Positions 22,532 to 35,757 are shown, numbered from the whole stretch's first letter. The stretch is DNA of 63,573 bases, filler included, from Octopus bimaculoides (GCF_001194135.2; 5 parts of 5 records of this genome joined end to end with filler, not necessarily neighbours in it); one strand, 5' to 3'. The notes: generated from the letters alone by a model not told the origin. Made by a program: numbers and translations.

Positions 22532-24729
22532 AAAGCGATCAAGAGTATGAAGACAGGGAAAGCCCCCAGCCCATCAGGAATCGCTGCAGAGATGCTCAAA
22601 ATATCTGTCAGTGTCGGCTATAGCCTAGTCACTCGTATTACGAACCAGGTGATACACGAAGGAGTCATACCCAATGACTGGTGTAGCAGCACCATAGTCA
22701 ACTGCTACAAAGGTAAAGGTGACGCTTTAGATACAAATAATTACAGAGGTATCAAGCTGTTAGATCAGGTAATGAAAGTCACGGAGAGGGTCATAGCTCA
22801 ACTGCTTAGGGAGCGAGTCAGTTTAGATGAGATGCAGTTTGGGTTCATGCCTGGGAAAAGCACCACTGATGCTATATTTCTGGTAAGNNNNNNNNNNNNN
22901 NNNNNNNNNNNNNNNNNNNNNNNNNNNNNNNNNNNNNNNNNNNNNNNNNNNNNNNNNNNNNNNNNNNNNNNNNNNNNNNNNNNNNNNNNNNNNNNNNNNN
23001 NNNNNNNNNNNNNNNNNNNNNNNNNNNNNNNNNNNNNNNNNNNNNNNNNNNNNNNNNNNNNNNNNNNNNNNNNNNNNNNNNNNNNNNNNNNNNNNNNNNN
23101 NNNNNNNNNNNNNNNNNNNNNNNNNNNNNNNNNNNNNNNNNNNNNNNNNNNNNNNNNNNNNNNNNNNNNNNNNNNNNNNNNNNNNNNNNNNNNNNNNNNN
23201 NNNNNNNNNNNNNNNNNNNNNNNNNNNNNNNNNNNNNNNNNNNNNNNNNNNNNNNNNNNNNNNNNNNNNNNNNNNNNNNNNNNNNNNNNNNNNNNNNNNN
23301 NNNNNNNNNNNNNNNNNNNNNNNNNNNNNNNNNNNNNNNNNNNNNNNNNNNNNNNNNNNNNNNNNNNNNNNNNNNNNNNNNNNNNNNNNNNNNNNNNNNN
23401 NNNNNNNNNNNNNNNNNNNNNNNNNNNNNNNNNNNNNNNNNNNNNNNNNNNNNNNNNNNNNNNNNNNNNNNNNNNNNNNNNNNNNNNNNNNNNNNNNNNN
23501 NNNNNNNNNNNNNNNNNNNNNNNNNNNNNNNNNNNNNNNNNNNNNNNNNNNNNNNNNNNNNNNNNNNNNNNNNNNNNNNNNNNNNNNNNNNNNNNNNNAA
23601 AAGGCAGATTGTATGACGCATGTGTACGAACAGCCATGCTTCATGGCAGTGAAACATGGGCCGTGACTGCTGAGGACATGCATAGGCTCGCAAGGAATGA
23701 AGCTAGTATGCTCCGATAGATGTGTAATGTTAGTGTGCATACTAGACAGAGTATCAGTACCTTGAGAGAAAAGTTGAACTTACGAAGCATCAGTTGTGGT
23801 GTGCAAGAGAGACGACTGCGCTGGTATGGTCATGTAGCGAGAATGGATGAGGATAGCTGTGTGAAAAAGTGCCACACCTTAGCAGTCGAGGGAATCTGTG
23901 GAACAGGTAGGCCCAGGAAGACCTGGGATGATGTGGTAAGGCACGACCTTCGAACATTGGGCCTCACCGAGGCGATGACTTCTGACCAAGACCTTTGGAA
24001 ATATACTGTGCGTGAGAAGACCCGGTAAGCCAAGTGAGACCTAAATCTAAGGCCCAGCCAGTCCACTTATGCNNNNNNNNNNNNNNNNNNNNNNNNNNNN
24101 NNNNNNNNNNNNNNNNNNNNNNNNNNNNNNNNNNNNNNNNNNNNNNNNNNNNNNNNNNNNNNNNNNNNNNNNNNNNNNNNNNNNNNNNNNNNNNNNNNNN
24201 NNNNNNNNNNNNNNNNNNNNNNNNNNNNNNNNNNNNNNNNNNNNNNNNNNNNNNNNNNNNNNNNNNNNNNNNNNNNNNNNNNNNAGACCTGTTGAGGCAA
24301 GTGAAATCGAAATCAAGTTAAGTTGGACACTAAACTCCACTGCGTAGGCCTGTTGAGGCAAGTGAAATCGAAATCGAGTTAAATTAAATTGGACACTAAA
24401 CCCCACTTGCGAAGACCTGTTGAGGCAAGTGAAATAGAAATAGATCGTTGCCGTGCCCCTGAACTGGCTCATGTGCAGGTGACACATGAGGTTTTTCGAG
24501 CAAGATGAGCGTGGCCGTTGCCAGTACCGCCTGACTGGCCTTCGTGCGGGTGACACGTAAAAGCACCCACTACACTCTCTGAGTGGTTGGCGTTAGGAAG
24601 GGCATCAAGCTGTAGAAAATCTGCCAAATCAGATTGGAGCCTGGTGTAGCCATCTGGTTTCACCAGTCCTCAGTCAAATCGTCCAACCCATGCTAGCATG
24701 GAAAGCGGACGTTAAACGACGACGACGAC
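22532..24729 (+). mobile_element. RTE-clade LINE, 5'-truncated, partly in gaps
   Basis: ORF 22547.. reads MKTGKAPSPSGIAAEMLK...NYRGIKLLDQVMKV...QFGFMPGKSTTDAIF. ORF 23720..24028 continues it. The 3' end is GCGGACGTTAAAC(GAC)n. Confidence 0.95.
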
Positions 24730-25093
24730 ATCAATTACACCTAAATTTAAACTTATTATTATTGCACCAGTTACCTCAATTAAACATTCACCTTTATATA
24801 TCCTTAGTAACCTTTTACTAACATACACACTTTTTTGAACATACACACCTGGCAACATTTATAACTGTTTCACTATTGTTTACACATTTGCCTTACATTA
24901 ATAACCACATTAACACATCCTTCCACAACATATTAAGACCTGTTGAACACACACACATATATATATACATGAATATATATATGTACATATATATGGGTGT
25001 ATAGCTGTGTGTTTGTAAGCTGCCTGTGCATGTATATGTGCACGTACATGGGTAGGTACATGTGAGTATATGTATGCATAAGTATATGTGTAG

Positions 25094-25129
<36 letters not shown>

Positions 25130-25461
25130 ATATATAAATGTGTACATGGGGGGATGTGCATGTGGCTATATATGTACATCTATATACATACATCTATATG
25201 GGCATGTGTATGTGTGTGCATAAGTATACATATATATACATAATTTAAACCAATAAGTGCCTACTTATTTATTTATTTATTTATTATGTGTGGGTATATA
25301 TGTAAATGTGTGTATACACACATATGTGTATCTGTGTATGTGTATGTATGTATGTGTACGTATGTATGTATACATATATATGTAAGTATGTATATCCACA
25401 CACACACACGTTATTCAAATGAATATGTGACTATTTATTTATTTATATATGTGTGTGTATA

Positions 25462-25502
<41 letters not shown>

Positions 25503-25997
25503 TTATTTATATATGTCAATTTACCTATTTGGTTAATAAATTTTTATAGACAAATATCTTCTGTACACTTTAAAATTACTATTACACTTACATAACTCTC
25601 ACCCTGCATACATATTTTTCTAATACAACTGAACATATTCTTAGTAACCTTTAACTAACATTTGAACATACACACTTCACAACATTAATAGCTGTCTGAC
25701 TATTTAAATTATTTGTCATACATTAGTAACCACTTTCACATATCCTTATCAATATCTTTATACCGGTTGAAAACTTACATGATTCCCTCCCTTCTTACAT
25801 ATTTTTCAAATGTAACTGAACAAAATTAAACATGCATAATTGTGTATGTGAGTGTGGGGGGTATACACATATATATATATACGTGTGTGTATTTATGTGT
25901 GCATGCATATGTACGTGTATATGTATATATATATATGTATATGTATGTATATATGTGTATATATATGTGTGTGTGAATGTGTGCATGCGTGCATATA

Positions 25998-27537
25998 TCA
26001 TCATCATCATCATCATCATCGTTTAACGTCCGCTTTCCATGCTAGCATGGGTTGGACGATTTGACTGAGGACTGGTGAAACCGGATGGCAACACCAGGCT
26101 CCAGTCTGATTTGGCAGAGTTTCTACAGCTGGATGCCCTTCCTAACGCCAACCACTCAGAGAGTGTAGTGGGTGCTTTTACGTGTCACCCGCACGAAAAC
26201 GGCCACGCTCGAAATGGTGTCTTTTATGTGCCACCCGCACACGCCAGTCCAGGGGCACTGGCAACGATCTCGCTCGAAAATCCTACAGGAGCCAGTCAGG
26301 CGGTACTGGCAACGGCCANNNNNNNNNNNNNNNNNNNNNNNNNNNNNNNNNNNNNNNNNNNNNNNNNNNNNNNNNNNNNNNNNNNNNNNNNNNNNNNNNN
26401 NNNNNNNNNNNNNNNNNNNNNNNNNNNNNNNNNNNNNNNNNNNNNNNNNNNNNNNNNNNNNNNNNNNNNNNNNNNNNNNNNNNNNNNNNNNNNNNNNNNN
26501 NNNNNNNNNNNNNNNNNNNNNNNNNNNNNNNNNNNNNNNNNNNNNNNNNNNNNNNNNNNNNNNNNNNNNNNNNNNNNNNNNNNNNNNNNNNNNNNNNNNN
26601 NNNNNNNNNNNNNNNNNNNNNNNNNNNNNNNNNNNNNNNNNNNNNNNNNNNNNNNNNNNNNNNNNNNNNNNNNNNNNNNNNNNNNNNNNNNNNNNNNNNN
26701 NNNNNNNNNNNNNNNNNNNNNNNNNNNNNNNNNNNNNNNNNNNNNNNNNNNNNNNNNNNNNNNNNNNNNNNNNNNNNNNNNNNNNNNNNNNNNNNNNNNN
26801 NNNNNNNNNNNNNNNNNNNNNNNNNNNNNNNNNNNNNNNNNNNNNNNNNNNNNNNNNNNNNNNNNNNNNNNNNNNNNNNNNNNNNNNNNNNNNNNNNNNN
26901 NNNNNNNNNNNNNNNNNNNNNNNNNNNNNNNNNNNNNNNNNNNNNNNNNNNNNNNNNNNNNNNNNNNNNNNNNNNNNNNNNNNNNNNNNNNNNNNNNNNN
27001 NNNNNNNNNNNNNNNNNNNNNNNNNNNNNNNNNNNNNNNNNNNNNNNNNNNNNNNNNNNNNNNNNNNNNNNNNNNNNNNNNNNNNNNNNNNNNNNNNNNN
27101 NNNNNNNNNNNNNNNNNNNNNNNNNNNNNNNNNNNNNNNNNNNNNNNNNNNNNNNNNNNNNNNNNNNNNNNNNNNNNNNNNNNNNNNNNNNNNNCCTAGT
27201 TAACCTGCCTTTGATGTTGCTGCACCTCTTATGTGTCCATAGCTTGCACCGGGTACATCTTATAGAGTTACTACCTACTCCTTTTCTACATACTGAGCAG
27301 GGCCATCTACCTGAAGGGGTTTGTGTTTTATCTACCTTCCTACTTATTAGGATTTTGGTTTTAGCTAGGTTGACTCTAAGGCCCTTCAATTCTAGACCTT
27401 GCTTCCACACCTGAAACTTCTCCTCTAGTTCTGATAGTGACTCCGCAATTAGGGCAAGGTCATCAGCATAGAGGAGCTCCCAGGGGCAACCTGTCTTGAA
27501 CTCCTCTGTGATTGCCTGGAGGACTATGGTAAAATAA
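25998..27537 (-). mobile_element. RTE-clade LINE, minus strand, partly in gap
   Basis: (CAT)n plus gtttaacgtccgctttccatgctagc at 25998-26046 is the reverse complement of the 3' end at about 24690-24720. ORF 26283..27545(-) reads IVLQAITEEFKTGCPWELLYADDLALIAES. Confidence 0.93.
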
Positions 27538-28111
27538 GCAGACATATATCCATGTGCGAGTGAGTATGCTGTGTGTGTGTGTGTGTATGTGCCTATTTAT
27601 ACAGACACCTTTTGCATTCCTATATTTCATTTCCACTAAAATAATCCAACCCCACTTATAACAAGTTTTACACACACTAAATAATATACTGTCTTTTTCC
27701 TTACACTTATACAGATATATGCGCATATAAGGAATAAAATTATTAGTATACGTAAATACATACATAAACGTGCATGTATGTTGATCTATAACTATGTATA
27801 CATATATGAGCATATAAGAATAGACACATACTTGTCTGTGTGTATATGTGTATGAGCATGGATCTATATGTGTATATATACACATGTGCAGAGGTATGAA
27901 CATATACTCATGAGTGGGCAGGTATACATGTGTGTATGCATTTAAGTGTGTACATATATATATTTGCGCGTGTGTATGTCTGTAAATGTGCGTGCATGCA
28001 CGTATGCATGTGTGTGGGTATGTATGTGTGTGTATAAGTATGTGTATACATATATGTGTATGTGTATGTGGTAACATGATTATGAATGTATGTACATGCC
28101 TGTATATATGC

Positions 28112-28192
<81 letters not shown>

Positions 28193-29804
28193 GAATAAAA
28201 ATCCAAATTTACAGGTAAAAACTCAATTAAATTCAATTTATTAAAAATTAAAANNNNNNNNNNNNNNNNNNNNNNNNNNNNNNNNNNNNNNNNNNNNTTA
28301 ATTAATTAANNNNNNNNNNNNNNNNNNNNNNNNNNNNNNNNNNNNNNNNNNNNTATATATATATATATATATATATGTAGATATGTGTGAATATGGGTAT
28401 ATATGTGTGTGGATGAGTGTATCTGTGTGTATGTATTATACATGTATACTTGTGTGTGTGTGTGTGGGGGGGTGTATACGTATGTTTGTAAGTGTATATA
28501 TATGTGTGTATATGTGTACATATCTACGTATATGTAAGCATATATAATTGTGTATGTATTTGTATAAACCCATATGTATGCGTTATTAGGTTCTGTATGT
28601 AAGTACATATTTCTATATGTATGTGTGTGTATATATGTATGTATGCGTGTATGTGTGTTTATGTATGTATATGTATGTGTATATGTGTGTATGTGTATAT
28701 ATGTGTATATGTGTGTGTGTACACATATATATATATGTATACATGCACATATATNNNNNNNNNNNNNNNNNNNNNNNNNNNNNNNNNNNNNNNNNNNNNN
28801 NNNNNNNNNNNNNNNNNNNNNNNNNNNNNNNNNNNNNNNNNNNNNNNNNNNNNNNNNNNNNNNNNNNNNNNNNNNNNNNNNNNNNNNNNNNNNNNNNNNN
28901 NNNNNNNNNNNNNNNNNNNNNNNNNNNNNNNNNNNNNNNNNNNNNNNNNNNNNNNNNNNNNNNNNNNNNNNNNNNNNNNNNNNNNNNNNNNNNNNNNNNN
29001 NNNNNNNNNNNNNNNNNNNNNNNNNNNNNNNNNNNNNNNNNNNNNNNNNNNNNNNNNNNNNNNNNNNNNNNNNNNNNNNNNNNNNNNNNNNNNNNNNNNN
29101 NNNNNNNNNNNNNNNNNNNNNNNNNNNNNNNNNNNNNNNNNNNNNNNNNNNNNNNNNNNNNNNNNNNNNNNNNNNNNNNNNNNNNNNNNNNNNNNNNNNN
29201 NNNNNNNNNNNNNNNNNNNNNNNNNNNNNNNNNNNNNNNNNNNNNNNNNNNNNNNNNNNNNNNNNNNNNNNNNNNNNNNNNNNNNNNNNNNNNNNNNNNN
29301 NNNNNNNNNNNNNNNNNNNNNNNNNNNNNNNNNNNNNNNNNNNNNNNNNNNNNNNNNNNNNNNNNNNNNNNNNNNNNNNNNNNNNNNNNNNNNNNNNNNN
29401 NNNNNNNNNNNNNNNNNNNNNNNNNNNNNNNNNNNNNNNNNNNNNNNNNNNNNNNNNNNGTTTTCATAATCGGTCATAATGTCTTACGTTTAAGTTGATT
29501 CCCATGCTTTCCCTGATGAGAAGGTTACAATTTTAATATCAAAGATCCCTATGGATCACACAGGTTGTAATCCTTTGAAACATATGTAGGAATAAAGTAT
29601 GCAATTATAACATGCGTTTTCTCCATTCCTTAAATTCTTAAATATACTCAAATACCCAAAATTTCAAGGAGGTCCTGCCTTGAAAACAGGAACTAAACCA
29701 CAGTTATTTTGTGTTCTTTGCTACATTGGTTTCTATTAACCCATTTATTCTATCAGAAGAATTTTTATTCATTAAGATAGAAGAAATACACATAATTATA
29801 TATA

Positions 29805-30096
29805 TATAGTGAGTTCGAGTCCCGAATCGGGCTGTGTATTGTGTTCTTGAGCATGACACTTTATTTCACGTTATTCCAGTTCACTCAGCTGTAGAAACGA
29901 GTTGCGACCTCGCTGGTACCAAGCTGTATTGGTCTTTGCCTTTCCCTTGGATAACATCTGTTGCGTGGAGATGGGACACTGGGATACATTGTGAACTGCT
30001 AGTCTTCCAGAAACAAACTTGCCCTAACTTGTGCCTCGGAGGGTAACTTTCTAGGTACAATCCAATGGCCATTCAAGGCTGAAGGTGGTGTTTACC

Positions 30097-30100
<4 letters not shown>
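29805..30100 (+). mobile_element. SINE, second tRNA-like family
   Basis: B-box-like gagttcgagtcc, then ttgagcatgacactttatttcacgtt..ccagttcactcagctg. The same core occurs at 30405-30590 and 8770-8950. Confidence 0.65.
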
Positions 30101-30130
<30 letters not shown>

Positions 30131-30404
30131 CACGTGTATGCATGAATAAATGTGTGTCTTCTCTCACGCTTTTATATTGATATGGATCATTGGACTGTGA
30201 GCATGTTTGGAGTAATACCTTTTAGAGTATCATATTTCAATGTGGAATCTATATTTTACTAATCACAATACAACGAATGGTTCAGTAACGTTTTCAGGTA
30301 AAAGCTATGTAATTCGGCCCATTGTCTAACACCTCTACGCATACACACATGCAAAGACATAGACGTTTCTACAATCTCACACAGCAACTTCCCCTCTCCG
30401 CGCC

Positions 30405-30590
30405 ACCGATATTATCCAAGGCAAAAGCAAAAAAGCTGATACAGTTTGACGCCAGTGACGTTGCAACTTATTTCTGCAGCTGAATGAACTGGACCAACGT
30501 GAAACAAGTGTTTTGCTCAGGAACACAACACATAGCCTGGGCCGGAAATCGAACTCACAACTTCATGAGTGAGAACCTAATGCTCTAACC
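30405..30590 (-). mobile_element. SINE, same family as 29805-30100, inverted
   Basis: ttatccaaggcaaa...cagctgaatgaactgg...caggaacacaacaca is the reverse complement of the core at 29830-29955. Confidence 0.65.
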
Positions 30591-30819
30591 TTCACACACA
30601 GAGCACGTCTGTATTTATGTATATACGTATGTATTGATGTATCTCTCTCTCTCCCCCTCTCTCTCTCGCTATATATATATATATATACTTTAGGAACGTG
30701 AAACTCTGAGTAACAACATTTGTTATATTTCTGCTGCTTTTAAATAAAGCATATTACTCTACCTTTGGTATTTGAGTACTTTTTTCCACCTTGTTTCACA
30801 TTAATGTGCTTACTCCGGA

Positions 30820-30886
<67 letters not shown>

Positions 30887-30944
30887 CAGAGAGAGAGAGA
30901 GAGAGAGTGAGAGAGAGAGAAAGAGAAAGAGAGAGATAGAGATC

Positions 30945-31275
30945 ACAGGTATGGCTGAGTGCTTCTGAAGTACTTTTTGCAATCTCGTAGATTCGCGTTC
31001 AATCCCTCTGACCTGCAGCTTGAACAAGTACCTTCTACTATAGATCCAGGCCCATCAATGCCTTGTGAGTGAATTTGGGTGGTGGAAACGATCTGGAAGC
31101 CTGCCGTATGTAAGTGTGTGTGTATGGGCGTGTGTGTCTGCTTGTGATTTACCCCCACCCCTTTTTGAGGATAATGATTCTCTAACATTTCCGTAACCTA
31201 GTAGTTCAGTAAAATAACCGATATAGTAAGTACCAGATTTTATAGTAAGCTTTTGTTTGATTAAACCTTTCAAGA
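30945..31275 (+). mobile_element. Diverged family A SINE
   Basis: tatggctgagtg...gttcaatccc...ttctactatag...gccttgtgagtgaatttgg matches the family A head in forward orientation. Confidence 0.65.
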
Positions 31276-31327
31276 CGGTGTCTTTGCATGGTCGCAGTCT
31301 AGTAACTGAAATAAGAAAAGTATGTAC

Positions 31328-31362
<35 letters not shown>

Positions 31363-31884
31363 TGTATGTATGTATGTATGTATGTATGTATGTATGTATA
31401 CACACACAAACACACATACACACACACACACACACAAACAAACAAACACATACTGTCTCTATGAAGCCAATACCGCGCTCACAAAATATCTTATCTAATG
31501 TCGGTTAGGGGTGTAAGGATCACACCTAAGGTACAGCATAAAGGGACTGAACCCGGAACCAGGATACGTGTGAGCGTGAATACATATGTTCATGCATTGC
31601 ATTTAAGCTGTCGCTTAAAATACCTATGAATCTGCAAACGCAGATTCATAGGTAATTTATAGGTAAGAAAGGCTCTGAATCTCATTTTGCGTGGTCACTG
31701 TTCCTTTTAAGTATAAGCGCAATCGTATGATTCATACTGATATGGCGCAAACTTCGATAATATTAGAAAACTATTATGTAACGTACATAACCACACACAT
31801 ATATACATACAGAAAGAGGAAGAGAGAGGGAGGGGCATATATTTGTAAATATTTATGGGCTCTTATATGTGTATATATATATAT

Positions 31885-32085
31885 ATATATTGGTTTCAAA
31901 TTTTGGCAAGAAGCCAAATTTCGAGGAGGGCATGGATATATTACATCGACCCCAACTTTTAACGGGTACCTTTTTTTTAATCGACCTCAAAATGACAACA
32001 GGCAAAGTCGACCTGGGAGGAAATTGAACTCAGAATATAAAGACAACTGCTAAGTACTTTGCCCAGCGTGCTAACGATTCTGACA
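31885..32085 (+). mobile_element. SINE-like dispersed repeat, family B
   Basis: Core gattacatcgacccc...ggtac..ttaatcgacc...ggcaaagtcgacct.gg.ggaa.ttgaactcagaa. It recurs at about 38115-38255(-), 39270-39570, 39955-40185, 48765-48950, 50590-50810(-) and 58140-58245(-). Confidence 0.7.
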
Positions 32086-33904
32086 GGCATGTATATGTAT
32101 ATATATNNNNNNNNNNNNNNNNNNNNNNNNNNNNNNNNNNNNNNNNNNNNNNNNNNNNNNNNNNNNNNNNNNNNNNNNNNNNNNNNNNNNNNNNNNNNNN
32201 NNNNNNNNNNNNNNNNNNNNNNNNNNNNNNNNNNNNNNNNNNNNNNNNNNNNNNNNNNNNNNNNNNNNNNNNNNNNNNNNNNNNNNNNNNNNNNNNNNNN
32301 NNNNNNNNNNNNNNNNNNNNNNNNNNNNNNNNNNNNNNNNNNNNNNNNNNNNNNNNNNNNNNNNNNNNNNNNNNNNNNNNNNNNNNNNNNNNNNNNNNNN
32401 NNNNNNNNNNNNNNNNNNNNNNNNNNNNNNNNNNNNNNNNNNNNNNNNNNNNNNNNNNNNNNNNNNNNNNNNNNNNNNNNNNNNNNNNNNNNNNNNNNNN
32501 NNNNNNNNNNNNNNNNNNNNNNNNNNNNNNNNNNNNNNNNNNNNNNNNNNNNNNNNNNNNNNNNNNNNNNNNNNNNNNNNNNNNNNNNNNNNNNNNNNNN
32601 NNNNNNNNNNNNNNNNNNNNNNNNNNNNNNNNNNNNNNNNNNNNNNNNNNNNNNNNNNNNNNNNNNNNNNNNNNNNNNNNNNNNNNNNNNNNNNNNNNNN
32701 NNNNNNNNNNNNNNNNNNNNNNNNNNNNNNNNNNNNNNNNNNNNNNNNNNNNNNNNNNNNNNNNNNNNNNNNNNNNNNNNNNNNNNNNNNNNNNNNNNNN
32801 NNNNNNNNNNNNNNNNNNNNNNNNNNNNNNNNNNNNNNNNNNNNNNNNNNNNNNNNNNNNNNNNNNNNNNNNNNNNNNNNNNNNNNNNNNNNNNNNNATA
32901 TATATATATATATAAGCAATGTTAATTCTCTAAATGAAGTATTAACAGTAACTGCACGATAAAGTGAAGTGTATTGCCACTTAAGTGTGGCTGACCCCTA
33001 GGGGTGGATGTTACTGTTGCTTTAGCCCCAGGAGGACATCTCCTCCAGCTGGCTTATCGACACACTACTGTGTCCTGTTTGTTTTTTGTTTGATTATATA
33101 ATATATATATATATATATATATATTATATAATCAATGCGAAAACTAATTTCTGTGTTATAGTGTGTCGCACTTTGACCCCCTCTCTCACTGTGCTGGGGT
33201 GAGAGTAATAGTAGGCATAAAGACGGTGAGGGCAAAGGTAGAGAGAGAGATAGAGAGAAAGAAAAAGAGAGGGAGAGAAAGAGAGACAAAGACATTTAGA
33301 GAGAGTAGATTATGTTTTATTAGAAGTATTAGTGCTGATGATGGAAGCGGGAGTAATGATAAGAGGGAGAGAGAGAGAGAGAGAAAGAGTGGGTATTTGA
33401 GAGAAAGAGAGACTGAATACTGAACCAGCATGCTGAACTACCATACTGAACACTGATGGTAACGGGGTGACAGTAGTAGTATGAGCTGTAGTTGTGATAG
33501 AGGCGATAGAGGCGACGGTGATGATGGTGGTGCTAGGAGCCGAGCTGGTCAGAGATGATGGTGAGAGTAAGTGATGTAAAAAACAGAGGTGATGGTGGTG
33601 TAGGGGAAGGCGGCGAAGTCAAAGGTATTGATGGTGGTGGCCTCAGAAGTCTGAATGGTGTATATTGCAGACGTGGAGGTGATGGTAGTAGTACTGTTGT
33701 TGATCATGCAACTTTGCAATACGTTCCAACAATATCATTGTTTTGATGCAAATTGTTGATTGCTTGAAATATATTATTCAAGTTTAATAAAATTTAATAA
33801 GTACTCAATGCATGAAGTGTCATTGTTGGGCCCAAGGCCCAAGGCCCTCCATAAGGGGGCAGCTTTTTAGCTAGTATATATATATATATATATATTATAT
33901 TATA

Positions 33905-34370
33905 TATGAGATAACAAATCCAAGGCAGTGAGAAGTTTTCAGGACATTTATAATGAAATAGACTTACAGCTGTTTCTGGGATATTATGGATATCCCTTCA
34001 TCAGAGACGGTGTGAGTAAATATTTGAATTCGAATTATTGTAGAATAGACAGGGAATATAGAGAGAAATAAGAGAATGAAAGTAGAAATAAGATATATAA
34101 AGATATTATAGTTGCAGTTCCATTATTCGTGGAAAATGGTGTATAGAAGTGGTAAAAAAGTTTCTTGTACATGATGTGTAAGTTCCAATACCAGTTCATA
34201 TTTAGTGATTTCAAGCCATGGAACCGTGGAATCAATGTTGCTCGTTCGAAAGGGTTTTGTGGTGTGAATGAAAATTTGAGAATGTGTTGGAAGCATGTAT
34301 GGATAGATGAAATTTTTTTTTTTGGCATATTTTTTGTATTATCTCGTGTATCACTTGTGTTTATATAGAA
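33905..34370 (-). mobile_element. Penelope-like element 3' end and terminal repeat
   Basis: Homologous to 16390-16690. ORF 34035..34328(-) reads IHTCFQHILKFSFTPQNPFERATLIPRFHGLKSLN, resembling a PLE endonuclease tail. It carries a hammerhead motif. Confidence 0.62.
33961..34008 (-). ncRNA. Minimal type I hammerhead ribozyme motif
   Basis: The minus strand reads GTCT-CTGATGA-A-GGGATAT-ccata-ATATCCC-A-GAAA-C-agct-GTA-AGTC. Core and stem II are identical to the 16761 copy, while the loop differs. Confidence 0.75.
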
Positions 34371-35236
34371 AGTGCTACTTATATAAATATATATATNNNN
34401 NNNNNNNNNNNNNNNNNNNNNNNNNNNNNNNNNNNNNNNNNNNNNNNNNNNNNNNNNNNNNNNNNNNNNNNNNNNNNNNNNNNNNNNNNNNNNNNNNNNN
34501 NNNNNNNNNNNNNNNNNNNNNNNNNNNNNNNNNNNNNNNNNNNNNNNNNNNNNNNNNNNNNTATATATATATATATATATATATGAAAATGTGTAGCCGT
34601 CACTAACAAGCGAATCTGACTTACTACTTGGTAGGAAGCGTTTTGTACCATGCGTTTGCTAATTGCATTAATGCATCAATGTTGTCACAAGCTGACAAAG
34701 TCTCCCTTTCGCCCCGCCCCCCTCTTTCACTCTGCTGAACATCGAGAAGGCAAATGCTGTAGGGAGAGTGCCAACGACTGAGTACCGACTGGTGCTCATT
34801 TTCAGTGGATTACGATGGAGTTACATGAAAATGAAGTACGTTGCTCAGAGATGCAGAACACCACACCCAAGAGATGCATGCGCATGTGCATGTGTTGTGC
34901 GTATACAATATACACAATTACACACATACTGAATACTTATTTCTGTGCGTGAGCACACACACACACACAAACACACATATACATATATGCACGCGAGATC
35001 AAGGGTGACTTTGCATTGTAGGGACCTGGCTTTTTCAGCCGTCAATATACATATAGAAGGTCGCAGTGTAAGCATATTCAGCAAACTAGTATAGCTTAGC
35101 TGCACTTTGTATATATACAATGTTTATAAGTTAATAATGTCTTCGTTGACAAATATGCATAATCTTCTCCTAATGAGTGCCTAATAAGTCCAGAAACTAA
35201 GTAAAATCGATATCACGTTTGATTATTATTATTATT

Positions 35237-35757
35237 GAGTGAGAGAGTAGTGCATGAAGTCCATTATACCCATCATGACTACCTGTCTGATAAGGGTACA
35301 CCAGGCACATGCATCACAACCATATGTGCACGACATGGTGATCTCATATCAAGATAAACAGAGCATGGCCTCGCAGGTGGGGCCCAGTTAGAATTTGCTT
35401 CAGGTCGAGTAGCCCATCCCACACAAAAGGTCCCGGAATAAGGTTTGTTTAAGATGTTGAGCAAAACACCCAGGTTTCCAAAGGTGAATTAGTCAAACCC
35501 CACAGAATTCCTCTCAACACATGGCTATGATGCTCCCCCACTACTTCTGCTCATGATCAGAGATGCACATATCGTCAGCCACTAAGGGACATGCTCAACT
35601 GATTAAGATCAAACAATTGACAAACAAATCTGTGGTATTAAGCAGAATATCTGCTGTAGCCCATCTTTTATACCAAGACAAAACAATGTACATGATAACA
35701 CTTCCAATCAATTAAGATCAGAAGCCATGAAACCACTGCATGGTACTGCATCCGGAC

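Noticed and set aside
28254-28353. TTAATTAATTAA inside N runs, also at 45269-45280, 59270-59281 and 61938-61949
   Set aside because: Each sits in the middle of an N run (44 N + 12 + 44 N = 100 nt where counted) and gives stops in all six frames. It is an assembly spacer for unsized gaps, not biology.
26075-29498. Long ORFs in the track made mostly of X
   Set aside because: These are artefacts of translating N gaps.
35165-35205. ctaatgag...cagaaactaagta hammerhead-like string, and ctaatgaggacg at about 45150
   Set aside because: The core is altered (CTAATGA). Stems I and II do not pair convincingly in the first, and the GAAA box after the stem is missing in the second.
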